DNA from: Candidatus Zipacnadia bacterium
GTDB taxonomy: Bacteria > Armatimonadota > Zipacnadia > Zipacnadales > UBA5352
Direction: 5' to 3'
Length of the DNA stretch: 58,191 nt
Assembly (NCBI GenBank): GCA_029820295.1
Contig: JALGVA010000009.1
Coordinates: 1-58,191, forward strand
Part shown: positions 18,820-29,068 of the stretch, one piece after another
Numbering within the stretch: the stretch's first letter is position 1
Layout of the letters: each line of letters starts with the position of its first letter
The notes under the pieces: generated by a model
What the model was told of the DNA's origin: nothing
Seen by the model: only the letters and a program-made list of their open reading frames with translations
The model's database searches: none
Translations under genes and position numbers: made by a program

Positions 18820-19932
18820 TCACCCCAACGCCTCGCGCACGACCTCGCACACCCGGTCGATCTGCGCGTCGGTCAGCTCCGGGTACATCGGCAGCGACAG
18901 CACCTCGCTGGCCGCGCGTTCGGTCTCGGGGAGCGAGCCCTTGCCGTAGCCCAGGTCCGCCAGCGCCGCCTGCAGGTGGCAGGGCACCGCGTAGTGGATG
19001 GCGTGGCCGATTCCCGCCGCCGCGAGCGCCGCCGCCAGCTCATCGCGCCGCTTCGAGCGCACCGTGTAGAGGTGGTAGACCGACTCCGCCCAGTCCGCCA
19101 CCACGGGTAGCGTCAGGTCGTCGATGCCCGCCAGCGCCGCGTCATAGCGTGCCGCATGCTCGCGCCGCGCCTGGTTCCATGCGTCGAGGCGGCGCAGCTT
19201 GATGCGCAGCACCGCTGCCTGCAGCTCATCGAGGCGGCTGTTGTAGCCGATCATCTCGTGGACGTACTTCTCCAGACTCCCGTGCACGCGCAGCGAGCGC
19301 ACCCGCTGCGCGAGCGCCTCGTCGCCTGCGGTGACCACGCCGCCCTCGCCGTAGGCCGCGAGGTTCTTGCTCAGGTAGAAGCTGAAGGCGGCACCGTCGC
19401 CCAGTCCGCCCACGCGCCTGCCACAGTAGCGTGCGCCGTGGGCCTGCGCGGCGTCCTCGAGCAGGAGGATATCGCGGCCGGCGATCGCCTCGGCCAGCGC
19501 GCCCATGTCGGCGGGGTGGCCGTAAAGATGCACGGCCATGATGGCACGCGTCGCGGGCGTGATCGCCTCGGCGGCGAGTTGCGGGGAGATGCAGTAGGTA
19601 TGCGGGTCGATGTCCACCAGCACCGGCGTGGCGCCCGTCTGCACGATGGCCTCAATGGTGGCGATGAAGGTGAACGAGGTGGTGATGACCTCATCGCCGG
19701 GCCCAACATCGTGGGCGCGCAGCAGCAGGTGGAGCGCCTCGGTGCCGTTGCCCACCCCCACGGCGTGCGCGACCTCGGAGTACTGCGCCCACTCGCGCTC
19801 GAAGGCCTGCACGTTGGGCCCGAGGTTGAGCTGCATGCCGGTGAGCGTCTCGTCGAAGGCCGTCAGCACCTCGTCGCGGATGTCGAGATACTGCGACTTC
19901 AAATCAACCATGGGGATGTCCAAGAGTGGCAC
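18820..19932 (-). CDS. DegT/DnrJ/EryC1/StrS-family PLP-dependent sugar aminotransferase
   Basis: 370 aa with the family motifs, including SFYLSKNLAAYGEGG carrying the Lys-PLP site. Confidence 0.8.
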   Translation of the reverse strand: MPLLDIPMVDLKSQYLDIRDEVLTAFDETLTGMQLNLGPNVQAFEREWAQYSEVAHAVGVGNGTEALHLLLRAHDVGPGDEVITTSFTFIATIEAIVQTGATPVLVDIDPHTYCISPQLAAEAITPATRAIMAVHLYGHPADMGALAEAIAGRDILLLEDAAQAHGARYCGRRVGGLGDGAAFSFYLSKNLAAYGEGGVVTAGDEALAQRVRSLRVHGSLEKYVHEMIGYNSRLDELQAAVLRIKLRRLDAWNQARREHAARYDAALAGIDDLTLPVVADWAESVYHLYTVRSKRRDELAAALAAAGIGHAIHYAVPCHLQAALADLGYGKGSLPETERAASEVLSLPMYPELTDAQIDRVCEVVREALG

Positions 19933-20019
19933 ACCTCACATCGCAGGCGCGCGCGACGCGCGCCCGGCGGTTTGTGAGTTAGAGGTGCGCCCTGCGAAAA
20001 GGTTGCGCGAGTGTGGGAA

Positions 20020-22209
20020 TCAGCGCGTCAGCGACAGGTGCCGCACGCTGATGACGTCGATGAGCGAGCGCAGGCGTTCGAGGACGTGGTCGAGGTCCTG
20101 GCGGCGGCGGATGTCAAGCTGCAGCTCCAGCCGTGCCAGCCCGGCGTCGGTGGTGGTGGCGTTGGCGGAGGTGATGTTGATGCCGCACTCGGCGATAACC
20201 GCCGCGATATGCGAGAACAGGCCGACGCGATCCACGGCCACGATCTCGATGTCGTGGCGGAAGACCGAGGCCTGCTCGCCGGTCTTCCAGTTGAGCGGCA
20301 CCACGCGGTCGGGTTCGTTGAGGGCGTGGTAGCGCAGGTTCTTGCAGTTGCTGCGGTGGATGGTCAGGCCCCTGCCGCGGGTAATGTAGCCCGTGATGTC
20401 GTCGCCGGGCAGCGGCGAGCAGCACTTGCTCAGCCGGCACTGGAAGCCGTCGTCGCCATCGACGGTGATGGCCGGCGCGTCGGCGCGCGCGCGGCCGACC
20501 GCCGGGGTGTCTCCGAGAACCCGCCGGACCTCCTCGGCGAGGCTCGCGGGCTGCTCGTGGTCCTCCATCAACTCGCGCAGCACCGTGGCTGCCTCGATGT
20601 CGCCGAAGCCCACCGCGGCCAGCAGGTCATCGGTCTCCTTGAAGCCGAAGCGCTCCAGCACCTCGCTCAGGTCATCGAGGTCCACCAGCTCGCGCAGCGC
20701 CTGCGGGTAGTGCCCCAGCGCCTGGCGCAGCGCATCCCGGCCCGCAGCCACGTTCTCGGCGTGGACCTTCTCGCGCAGGTGCCGGCGGATCTTGGCCTTG
20801 GCGCGTGAACTCTTCACCAGCTCCAGCCAGTCGCGGCTGGGCTCCGCCGAGGGCGAGGTGATGATCTCGGCGATGTCGCCGTTGCGGAAGGTGTAGCTCA
20901 GCGGCACCTGGCGGCCGTTGACGCGCGCGCCGGTGATGTGGTGGCCGATCTCGGTGTGGATGCGGTAGGCGAAGTCGATGGGGCCGGCGCCCGCGGGCAG
21001 GTCGATGACGTCGCCGTCGGGGGTGAACACGAACACCTGATCGTTGAACAGGTCCATCTGGAGCAGCTCGAGGAACTCGTGGCTCTCGGTCAGGTCGGTC
21101 TCCAGCTCCAGCACCTGGCGCAGCACCGAGATCTGCTCATCGGCGCCGCGCGCGTCGCCGCCCTCCTTGTAGCGCCAGTGCGCGGCCACGCCGTACTCGG
21201 CGATGCGGTGCATCTCCCAGGTGCGGATCTGCACCTCCAGCGGCTGCTTGTCCGGCCCGATCACCTTGGTGTGCAGCGACTGGTAGCGGTTCGCCTTGGC
21301 CTTGGCGATGTAGTCGGTGAACATGCCCTGGATGGGCATCCACAGCTCGTGCACCAGGCCCAGCGCAGCGTAGCAGTCGGCGACCGAGTCGGTGATGATG
21401 CGGATGGCCGCCAGGTCGGCGATCTCGTCGAAGCTGATGTCCTGGTTGTCCATCTTCTGCGCGATCGAGTAGATGTGCTTGGCCCGCCCCTGGACGGTCG
21501 CGCTCACGCCCTCGGCCGCCAGCCGTCCCTGCACCGCCTGGCGCACCGCCTCGATCTTCTGCTCGCGTTCCTCGCGGCCCTGGCCCAGCTCGCGCGCAAT
21601 CCGGTAGTAGCGCTCGGGTTCAAGGTAGCGGAACGACAGGTCCTCCAGCTCCCACTTGAAGCGCCAGATGCCCAAGCGGTGGGCCAGCGGGGCGAAGATG
21701 TGCAGCGTCTCCTGCGCGGTCGCCACCTGCTTGTCCTCGTCGAGGGCGTAGAGCGTGCGCATGTTGTGCAGGCGGTCGGCGAACTTGATGAGGATGACGC
21801 GGATGTCCTCGGTCATCGCCAGGAACATCTTGCGCAGGTTGCCGGCCTGGCGCTCCTGGCGCGTATGGAACTTCAACCGGGTCAGCTTGGTCACGCCATC
21901 GACCAGCATTGCCACCTCGGAGCCGAACTCCTCCTCGATCTCCTCGAGCGTGGCGTGCGTGTCCTCGACGGTATCGTGCAGCAGCCCGGCGATGACGGTG
22001 GCGGGGTCGGCCTCGATCTCGGTGAGGATCTCGGCAACGGCGAGCGGGTGGGTGATGAAGGGGTGTCCGGTCTTGCGCGGCGGGTCATCGGCATGGGCGA
22101 CGGTGGCGAAGCGCCAGGCGGCCTCAAGCCGCGCGATCTCGGGCTCCGACCAGTAGCCCTCGACGCGGCTGAGGATGGCCTGCAGGCTCTCGGAGTGTGT
22201 GGTTGCCAT
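20020..22209 (-). CDS. relA: bifunctional (p)ppGpp synthetase/hydrolase RelA/SpoT
   Basis: 729 aa with an HD domain (HPLAVAEIL...HDTVED), a synthetase domain, and TGS and ACT C-terminal domains. Confidence 0.9.
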   Translation of the reverse strand: MATTHSESLQAILSRVEGYWSEPEIARLEAAWRFATVAHADDPPRKTGHPFITHPLAVAEILTEIEADPATVIAGLLHDTVEDTHATLEEIEEEFGSEVAMLVDGVTKLTRLKFHTRQERQAGNLRKMFLAMTEDIRVILIKFADRLHNMRTLYALDEDKQVATAQETLHIFAPLAHRLGIWRFKWELEDLSFRYLEPERYYRIARELGQGREEREQKIEAVRQAVQGRLAAEGVSATVQGRAKHIYSIAQKMDNQDISFDEIADLAAIRIITDSVADCYAALGLVHELWMPIQGMFTDYIAKAKANRYQSLHTKVIGPDKQPLEVQIRTWEMHRIAEYGVAAHWRYKEGGDARGADEQISVLRQVLELETDLTESHEFLELLQMDLFNDQVFVFTPDGDVIDLPAGAGPIDFAYRIHTEIGHHITGARVNGRQVPLSYTFRNGDIAEIITSPSAEPSRDWLELVKSSRAKAKIRRHLREKVHAENVAAGRDALRQALGHYPQALRELVDLDDLSEVLERFGFKETDDLLAAVGFGDIEAATVLRELMEDHEQPASLAEEVRRVLGDTPAVGRARADAPAITVDGDDGFQCRLSKCCSPLPGDDITGYITRGRGLTIHRSNCKNLRYHALNEPDRVVPLNWKTGEQASVFRHDIEIVAVDRVGLFSHIAAVIAECGINITSANATTTDAGLARLELQLDIRRRQDLDHVLERLRSLIDVISVRHLSLTR

Positions 22210-22429
22210 GGCCGGCGCGCGCCTCTCCGCCTCAACTTAGCCTCAACTAAGTATACCACGCCCGTGCCCTGATGCGCAACGGCTCCGGCCCTCGTGTTCT
22301 CTGCTGCTGTCTGCCGCTGTCTCCTGCTATCTGCCGTTCGCTGTCGTTCTTTGTGGTTCGCCGCCGTCCGGGTGCGTCCTGAGATTGTCGGCAGACAGCG
22401 CGGCGGTGCGGTGGGACGACCTCCTCACC

Positions 22430-22720
22430 TCCGGCCCGATCCCGGGCGACCGCGTCGTGTGCGGTCGCCCGGGATCGGGGCCCACGCATTACCCACATCT
22501 CGTGCGCGGTCGGGACTCCGGGCCATACGTCGTTTCCGGACGGAGGGTGAGGCGCGCCGGCGCCTCAGCTTCCATGCCGGCCCGGCCGTTGCGTCGTGGG
22601 CCGTTGGCGCTGCCGTCGTGCGCGAGCCGGCATGGAGTTCGCGCAGCGAACTCCCAACAGAAGCCCCGGGGGCTTCTGCATGGAACCTGACGCCTGCGCA
22701 ACACAGCCGCGCAGGCGTCA
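22430..22720. other. cluster of at least five perfect inverted repeats in the roughly 725-bp relA/rmlD intergenic region
   Basis: Stems: 19 bp at 22435-22479; 8 bp at 22548-22567; 9 bp GGAGTTCGC gca GCGAACTCC at 22634-22654; 10 bp at 22658-22678; 12 bp at 22688-22720. No plausible ORF is present. Confidence 0.5.
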
Positions 22721-22895
22721 CTCCCCCGTGCCACAAGGCGGCGCATCGCCTGTCCATCGCGCGGCCTCGCCGCAGCCGTGCCGACTTGTGGGTAATGCAT
22801 AGGGTCGGGACGGGGGAGGAGGCTGTTGCCGTCCGCCCCGCGTCACCCCTCGCTCATACCGACATTCCGGAGTCGCGCCCTGCCGTTCCCCTGCG

Positions 22896-22924
22896 TTGAC
22901 ATCGCCCCGGCAACCTGCTACGCT
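22896..22924 (+). promoter_or_regulatory. putative sigma70-type promoter giving a leaderless rmlD transcript
   Basis: TTGACA - 17 nt - TACGCT ends 9 nt before the rmlD ATG. There is no SD sequence. Confidence 0.3.
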
Positions 22925-22933
22925 GTCGGCGAC

Positions 22934-23839
22934 ATGAGGATCGGGGGACCGGCAACGGTGGCCGTCACCGGCGCGGCGGGCATGCTCGGCCAGGAGGTGG
23001 TCGCCACCGCGCCCGGATGGGCCACCGTGGTGCCGCTGACCCGCGTTGACGGCGATCTGAGCAGCGCCGACCAGGCGCACGCGGCCCTGCTTGGCGCCGC
23101 GCCCGGTGTCATCGTGCACTGCGCGGCATACACCGACGTTGACGGTGCGACCCGCGACCCCGAGCAGGCCTGGCTGGGCAACGCGCTGGCCACCCGACAT
23201 GTGGCCGAGGTGGCTGCGCTGGTGCACGCGCGCCTGGTCTACGTCAGCACCGACTACGTCTTCGACGGTACCGCCGCCACGCCCTACACCGAGCGCTCGG
23301 CGCCCCATCCGCTCAACCCCTACGGTGAGAGCAAGCTGGCGGGCGAGCGGGAGGCGAGTCGCGCGCCCGGGAGTGTGATCGTGCGTACCCAGTGGCTGTT
23401 CGGGCCGGGCGGGCACAGCTTCGTGCGCGCCATCCTGGAGGCCGCGCGGGCGGGCAAGCCGCTGCGCATCGTGGAGGACGAGCGCGGCTGCCCCACCTAC
23501 GCGCCCGATCTCGCCCGCGGCATCTGGCGGCTGCTCGAGACGCCCGCGACCGGCGTGGTGCATTTGACCAACGCGGGCGCCTGCAACCGCCTCGAGCTGG
23601 CCGCCGCGGCGCTCGAGCAGGCCGGGCTGACCGGCGTCGAGATGACCGGCATCCCGGGCAGTGAGTGGCCCGGCCCGACGGTACGCCCGCGCAACGCCGT
23701 GCTCGCCAGCGAGCGCCTGGAGGAGCTGGGCCTGCAGCCGCTGCGCCCCTGGCGGGAGGCGCTGCGTGAGTACGTGGCCGGGCTGTGCGACCGATGGGAA
23801 CGCGAGCCAGGAGTGGACGAGGCCGATGACCGACCGTGA
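22934..23839 (+). CDS. rmlD: dTDP-4-dehydrorhamnose reductase
   Basis: 301 aa with a Rossmann GAAGMLG motif and the YxxxK active site (PYGESKLAGE). Confidence 0.75.
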   Translation: MRIGGPATVAVTGAAGMLGQEVVATAPGWATVVPLTRVDGDLSSADQAHAALLGAAPGVIVHCAAYTDVDGATRDPEQAWLGNALATRHVAEVAALVHARLVYVSTDYVFDGTAATPYTERSAPHPLNPYGESKLAGEREASRAPGSVIVRTQWLFGPGGHSFVRAILEAARAGKPLRIVEDERGCPTYAPDLARGIWRLLETPATGVVHLTNAGACNRLELAAAALEQAGLTGVEMTGIPGSEWPGPTVRPRNAVLASERLEELGLQPLRPWREALREYVAGLCDRWEREPGVDEADDRP

Positions 23840-24866
23840 CGGACGGCCGTGGCGGGCGCGGGCGCCCGTACGGATCGATCTGGCCGGTGGCTGGAGCGAC
23901 GTTCCGCCCTTCAGCGCGGAAGTTGGAGGCGCGGTCGTCAATGTCGCCATCTCGCGCCACTCCTACGCCACGCTGTTGGCCGGGGAGCCGGGCGAGTTCA
24001 TTCTCGAGTCGGCCGACTACGACGAGTACATTCAGGCCCGCGACATCCGCCAACTGGAGTACGACGGCTCGCTGGACCTGCTCAAGGCCGCGGTGCGGCG
24101 CATGGGGCTGGACATGGGCGGGCACCTGATCACGCGCGTCGAGGCGCCGCCCGGCTCGGGTACCGGGTCGAGCGCCTCGCTGGGCGTCGCACTGGTGGGG
24201 CTGCTCGATGCCATCAAGGGCGGGACCATGTCGCGCTGTGAGATCGCCGCGCTGGCCAACCTGTTGGAGACCGAGGAGTTGGGCATCGAGGGCGGCACGC
24301 AGGACCAGTACGCGGCCGCCTGTGGTGGCCTCGCCTACATGACCTGTGGCGATCGGGAAGTCACGGTTGAGCAGCTCAGGCCCTCGGCCGACTTCCTGCT
24401 GGAGTTCGAGAAGTCGCTGCTGCTGGTCTACACCGGCAAGTCGCGGCTCTCCGGCGACATCATCAGCTCGGTCATGGGCGCCTACCGCCGCGACGAGGCG
24501 GCGATGTCGGAGCCGCTGATGAATCTGCGCGCGGCCGGCTCGCTCATGCGTGAGGCTGTGGTCGCCGAGGATCTGGGGCGGGTGGGTGAGGTGCTGTGCT
24601 TTAACTGGGAGAACCAGAAGCGGCTCCACGCGGAGATGACCACACCCAAGATCGAGGCGCTGATGGGAGCCGCGCGCCGGGCCGGGCTGCTGGGGGGCAA
24701 GGCCTGCGGGGCAGGTGGCGGCGGCTGCATTGTGCTGTTGTGCGAGCCCGACCGGGAGCACATCGTGCGTCGCGAGGTGGAGGACCTGGGCGGGCGCTGC
24801 ATCGAGTTTACCTTCGACTTCGACGGGCTGCGCGTCTGGCAGCCGGTCACCCCCACGGGCAGGTGA
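23826..24866 (+). CDS. GHMP-family sugar kinase (heptose-7-P kinase / fucokinase-like)
   Basis: 346 aa with GHMP motif [13 protein letters not shown]. It overlaps the rmlD stop. Confidence 0.7.
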   Translation: MTDRDGRPWRARAPVRIDLAGGWSDVPPFSAEVGGAVVNVAISRHSYATLLAGEPGEFILESADYDEYIQARDIRQLEYDGSLDLLKAAVRRMGLDMGGHLITRVEAPPGSGTGSSASLGVALVGLLDAIKGGTMSRCEIAALANLLETEELGIEGGTQDQYAAACGGLAYMTCGDREVTVEQLRPSADFLLEFEKSLLLVYTGKSRLSGDIISSVMGAYRRDEAAMSEPLMNLRAAGSLMREAVVAEDLGRVGEVLCFNWENQKRLHAEMTTPKIEALMGAARRAGLLGGKACGAGGGGCIVLLCEPDREHIVRREVEDLGGRCIEFTFDFDGLRVWQPVTPTGR

Positions 24867-26128
24867 AGCCCTTGTACTTCGACATCGCCGACATGTCTCT
24901 GGCCGGGCAGGGCAAGCTGCGCATCGAGTGGGCCGAGATGCAGATGCCGGTGCTCCGGCAGATCCGCGAGCGCTTCGCGCAGGAGCGGCCACTGGAGGGG
25001 CAGCGCCTGGCGGCCTGTCTGCACGTGACCACCGAGACGGCCAACCTGATGCGCACCCTCAAGGCCGGCGGGGCCGAGGTGGCGCTGTGCGCCAGCAACC
25101 CGCTGTCCACTCAGGACGACACCGCCGCATCGCTGGTCGAGGACTACGAGGTGCCTGTCTTCGCCATCCGCGGCGAGGACCGCGACACCTACTACCAGCA
25201 CCTGAACTCCGCGCTCGACATTGAGCCCACCATCACCATGGATGACGGCGCCGACCTGGTCTCCACCATCCATCAGGAGCGCACCGACCTCGCTCCCGCG
25301 ATACTCGGGGGAACCGAAGAGACCACCACGGGTGTCATAAGACTCAGGAGCATGGCCGCGACCAACGAGCTGCGCTACCCGATCATCGCGGTTAATGACG
25401 CGATGACCAAGCACCTCTTCGACAACCGCTTCGGCACCGGCCAGAGTACTATCGACGGCATCATCCGCGCCACGAACGTCCTGCTGGCGGGCAAGGCGGT
25501 CGTGGTGTGCGGCTTCGGCATGTGCGGCCGTGGCGTGGCCATGCGCGCCCGCGGGATGGGCGCGCGCGTGATTATCTGCGAGGTTGACGCCCTGCGCGCG
25601 CTCGAGGCGGCCATGGAGGGCTACCGCGTGCTGCCGGTGGCCGAGGCCGCGCAGGTGGGCGACATCTTCGTGACCGTCACCGGCGACACATCGGTGATCC
25701 GCGGCGAGCACATGGCCGCCATGAAGGACGGCGCGATTATGTGCAACGCCGGGCACTTCGACGTTGAGATCGACCTCGAAGACCTGCGCACCGCAGCCGA
25801 GGACACACGCACCGTGCGCCCGTCGCTGGAGGAGTACCGCATGGCCGACGGCCGGCGCCTCTACTTGCTGGGCGAGGGCCGGCTGGTGAACCTGGCCGCG
25901 GCCGAGGGACACCCGGCCTCGGTCATGGACATGAGCTTCGCCAACCAGGCGCTGTGCTCGGAGTTCATCGCCGCGCAGACCACCAGGCTCGCGCGCGACG
26001 TGCACACCGTGCCCGAGCACATCGACCGTGAGGTCGCGGAGCTGAAGCTGGCGTCGATGGGCGTGAGCATCGACGAGCTGACGGACGAGCAGAAGGAGTA
26101 CCTGAGCGGCTGGAGGCAGGGCACGTAA
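24863..26128 (+). CDS. ahcY: adenosylhomocysteinase
   Basis: Motifs [28 protein letters not shown] and [30 protein letters not shown] (NAD binding). The GTG start at 24863 overlaps the preceding stop; ATG 24892 is an alternative. Confidence 0.85.
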   Translation: MKPLYFDIADMSLAGQGKLRIEWAEMQMPVLRQIRERFAQERPLEGQRLAACLHVTTETANLMRTLKAGGAEVALCASNPLSTQDDTAASLVEDYEVPVFAIRGEDRDTYYQHLNSALDIEPTITMDDGADLVSTIHQERTDLAPAILGGTEETTTGVIRLRSMAATNELRYPIIAVNDAMTKHLFDNRFGTGQSTIDGIIRATNVLLAGKAVVVCGFGMCGRGVAMRARGMGARVIICEVDALRALEAAMEGYRVLPVAEAAQVGDIFVTVTGDTSVIRGEHMAAMKDGAIMCNAGHFDVEIDLEDLRTAAEDTRTVRPSLEEYRMADGRRLYLLGEGRLVNLAAAEGHPASVMDMSFANQALCSEFIAAQTTRLARDVHTVPEHIDREVAELKLASMGVSIDELTDEQKEYLSGWRQGT

Positions 26129-26142
26129 GGACGCGCTGACCG

Positions 26143-27939
26143 ATGGGCACGACAGACCTGCTGTTGCTCGGCACGACCTTCGCGGGCACGCTGGGGTTCG
26201 CGAGCATCCTGCGCGCGGCGCTGGCCGGGCGACAGGAGCACGAGCCTCCGCGCCTCGACGCCCGTGGGCTGCTGCTGTTCGTGCCGCTGGTGGCGCTGTT
26301 CGCGATGCGCGCGGGCGAGGGCCTGCTGGTGCCCATGCTGGGGGCGCTCGCAGTCTACCAGCTCGCCATGCTCAGCAAGGTGCTGCACACCCCGCGCAGC
26401 CTGCGCATCGTGCTGGTGCTCGGGGCCGCGGCCGTGCTGCACCACTACGGCGTCAGCATCGACAGCTTCCGCGTGCCCTTCACCACCATCACCATGCCCC
26501 TGGGCTGGGCCTCGCTGCCGATCACCGCCGGCTGGCTGTTGCTGTGCGCGGTGCTCTTCGGCCGCGCGGCCACCATCCCCAGCGTCTGCTACGGCGTTGC
26601 GGCGCTCTCGGGCGTCACCTTCTATCTGGTCGCGCTCATGGTGCCCTGGGCGGTGGGCGAGCCGGCGCGCCTGCTCGCCCTGATCGTCGCCGGTGTGTCG
26701 CTCGCCCAGCTCCCCGCCGCCGGCCAGATATCGCAGCTCCCCTCCCAGCCCAGCGGCTACGCCATCGGCTTCCTCATCGGCGCCCTGGCGGTCGTGGGCG
26801 CGCTCAAGCACACCGCCGCGCTGGCCGCCGTGCTGCCCATGCTGGTCATCAGCGTGCCCCTCTTCGGTGCCACCTACACCTACGTCTCCGCCCTGCGTGG
26901 TATGCGCATCGGCCAGCGTCGCCAGCATCTGCATGAGCTGCTGCTCGACCAGGGCTACTCGGCGCGCCAGGTCTTCGGCGTGCTCATGGGCCTGTCCGCC
27001 TACCTGTGCCTGCTGGGGCTGCTCATGGTCAGCCTGATCGCCCAGCCCGTCTGGCTCAAGGCGCTGGTGCTGGTGGGCGGGCTGATGTTCGGGCCGCTGG
27101 TGTTCTTCGTGATCCTGCGCTGCCTGCGCCGCCCGGATATGGCGTTCGCCGAGGGCGAGCCCCTCGAGGTCGAGATGTTCAACGTGCGCCTGCACCCGCT
27201 GTCGATGGAGGCGGCGCTGGAGCGTGCCGAGGGCTTCATCCGCGAGGGCGGCCCGCATATGATCGTCACCTCCGACACCTCCGCCATCGTGCGCGCGCAG
27301 GAGGACGAGGAGCTGCGCACCATCATCAACGAGGCCGACCTGGCCACCATGGACGGCCAGGGCGTGGTCCTGTGCGCCCGCCTGCTCAACTTTCCGGTCA
27401 GCAACCGCGTCCCCGGCGTGGACATGATGGAGCAACTGTGCGAGATCTGTGCGCGCCTGGGCCGACCGGTCGCCCTGCTGGGTGCCGCGCCCGGCGTGGC
27501 CGACGAGGCGGCACGCGTGCTCGAGGCGCGCTACCCCGGCCTGCGCGTCACCTACCGCCATCACGGCTACTTCGCCCCGGAGGATGAGCCGCAGATCGTC
27601 GCCGAGATCCAGCGCGCCGAGCCGGCGGCGCTCTTCGTGGCCATGGGCATCCCCAAGCAGGAGAAATGGATCCGCGCCCACATCGACGAGCTGCAGGTCC
27701 CGGTGTGCATGGGCGTGGGCGGCAGCCTCGATGTGGTCGCGGGCAAGGTCAAGCGCGCCCCTGCCTGGATGCAGCGCTGGGGCCTGGAGTGGCTCTACCG
27801 CACCATGCTCGAGCCGCGCCGCCTGCCGCGTCTGGCGGCACTGCCGCGCCTGTTCATGATGACCCTGCGCAAGGCCGTCTTCTCGCCGGGCTCACACGAC
27901 GTGGGTGTCGGCCCGGCGGACGCACCTGAGAGCAAGTAG
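26143..27939 (+). CDS. fusion protein: N-terminal polytopic WecA/MraY-family-like membrane domain plus C-terminal WecB/TagA/CpsF-family glycosyltransferase domain
   Basis: C-terminal 250 aa: GMGIPKQEKWI...MGVGGSLDVVAG...WMQRWGLEWLYR, which is the TagA/WecG signature. N-terminal 330 aa: 8-10 TM segments ending in RGMRIGQRRQHLHELLLDQGYSARQVF, resembling the WecA C-terminal block (DRxHxHHxL...G...RQ). I did not see the DD and NxxNxxDGxDG catalytic motifs. Confidence 0.6.
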   Translation: MGTTDLLLLGTTFAGTLGFASILRAALAGRQEHEPPRLDARGLLLFVPLVALFAMRAGEGLLVPMLGALAVYQLAMLSKVLHTPRSLRIVLVLGAAAVLHHYGVSIDSFRVPFTTITMPLGWASLPITAGWLLLCAVLFGRAATIPSVCYGVAALSGVTFYLVALMVPWAVGEPARLLALIVAGVSLAQLPAAGQISQLPSQPSGYAIGFLIGALAVVGALKHTAALAAVLPMLVISVPLFGATYTYVSALRGMRIGQRRQHLHELLLDQGYSARQVFGVLMGLSAYLCLLGLLMVSLIAQPVWLKALVLVGGLMFGPLVFFVILRCLRRPDMAFAEGEPLEVEMFNVRLHPLSMEAALERAEGFIREGGPHMIVTSDTSAIVRAQEDEELRTIINEADLATMDGQGVVLCARLLNFPVSNRVPGVDMMEQLCEICARLGRPVALLGAAPGVADEAARVLEARYPGLRVTYRHHGYFAPEDEPQIVAEIQRAEPAALFVAMGIPKQEKWIRAHIDELQVPVCMGVGGSLDVVAGKVKRAPAWMQRWGLEWLYRTMLEPRRLPRLAALPRLFMMTLRKAVFSPGSHDVGVGPADAPESK

Positions 27940-27991
27940 CCCCTGCCCGCCACCGCACGCGTTGCCCCGAGGAGGGCCGCCCGTGGCCGAG

Positions 27992-28918
27992 ATGGTCATT
28001 GTCGGATCGATGGCGCTCGACAGCGTGAAGACGCCGTTCGGCGAGGTGGAGCGCGTCGTGGGCGGCGCGGCCGTCTACGCCGCCGCCGCCGCGAGCCTGC
28101 TGGCGCCGCCGCGTGTGGTCGGCGTGGTGGGCGGCGACTTCCCCGAGGAGGCGCTGGAGTTCCTGGCCGCCCGCGGCGCCGACCTCGAGGGCGTGGAGAG
28201 CGTGCCTGACGGCAAGTCGTTCTACTGGCGCGGCGTCTACGACTACGCGCTGTCGGACCGTGAGACCCTCGCGACCGAGCTGAACGTCTTCGCCGACTTC
28301 AATCCGACGCTGCCCGGGAGCTGGCGCGACAGCCGCTACTGCTTCCTGGCGAACATCCAGCCGCAGGTGCAGCTCGCGGTGCTCGATCAGCTCCACGATA
28401 CCTGCTTCGTGATGTGCGACACCATGAACCTGTGGATCGAGCATGAGCGCGATGCGCTGGCCGAGGTGCTCGCGCGCGTGGACCTGGCGCTGCTCAACGA
28501 CGCCGAGGCGCGCCAGCTCGCCGACACGCCCAACCTCGCCGAGGCGGCCGATCGGGTGCTCGACATGGGCCCGCGCCTGCTGGTGATCAAGAAGGGCGAG
28601 TACGGGGCCACGCTGGTCTCACGCGACGATTACTTCAGCATCCCCTCCTACCCGCTGCCCAACGTGGTCGATCCCACCGGCGCGGGCGACAGCTTCGCGG
28701 GCGGCATGATCGGGCTGCTGGCCCGCCGGGACGACTGCTGCAGCACCGAACTGCGCCGCGCGGTGGCCTTCGGCACAGTGATCGCCTCGGCATGCTGCGA
28801 GGGCTTCAGCCTCGACGGCCTCAAGCGTCTCGACCAGGCCGAGCTGGCGCGCCGCTATGACGTGCTGCGCGACATCGTGCGCTTCGACGCCATGGAGTGG
28901 GAGGAGTTCGGGGCGTAG
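27992..28918 (+). CDS. PfkB-family carbohydrate kinase
   Basis: 309 aa with a ribokinase-fold C-terminal DPTGAGDSFAGG motif. A GGAGGG RBS is upstream. Confidence 0.75.
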   Translation: MVIVGSMALDSVKTPFGEVERVVGGAAVYAAAAASLLAPPRVVGVVGGDFPEEALEFLAARGADLEGVESVPDGKSFYWRGVYDYALSDRETLATELNVFADFNPTLPGSWRDSRYCFLANIQPQVQLAVLDQLHDTCFVMCDTMNLWIEHERDALAEVLARVDLALLNDAEARQLADTPNLAEAADRVLDMGPRLLVIKKGEYGATLVSRDDYFSIPSYPLPNVVDPTGAGDSFAGGMIGLLARRDDCCSTELRRAVAFGTVIASACCEGFSLDGLKRLDQAELARRYDVLRDIVRFDAMEWEEFGA

Positions 28919-29068
28919 CGCCCGCCGCGCCTCCCGCGCGCCGTTGCCGGCGCCGCGGCCGCGGGGTGAGGAGGTCGTTTCGCCAGGGAGGACTACCCCC
29001 TACGCCCGGGGAAACTGGAATCTTGTGACCCATGCGTTCAGGGCCAGGTGGCGTGGGAGGTCTGTGCG

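Noticed and set aside
22294-22899. 201-aa Arg-rich ORF in the relA/rmlD intergenic region
   Set aside because: It is composition-driven, overlaps multiple perfect hairpins, and has no RBS or homology signal.
25861-27681. 606-aa minus-strand ORF across ahcY and the tagA-fusion gene, and comparable antisense ORFs at 30319-33213, 36340-38319, 45951-47897 and 47889-50192
   Set aside because: They have no domain signal and are Arg/His/Gly-rich, while the opposite strand encodes recognisable proteins.
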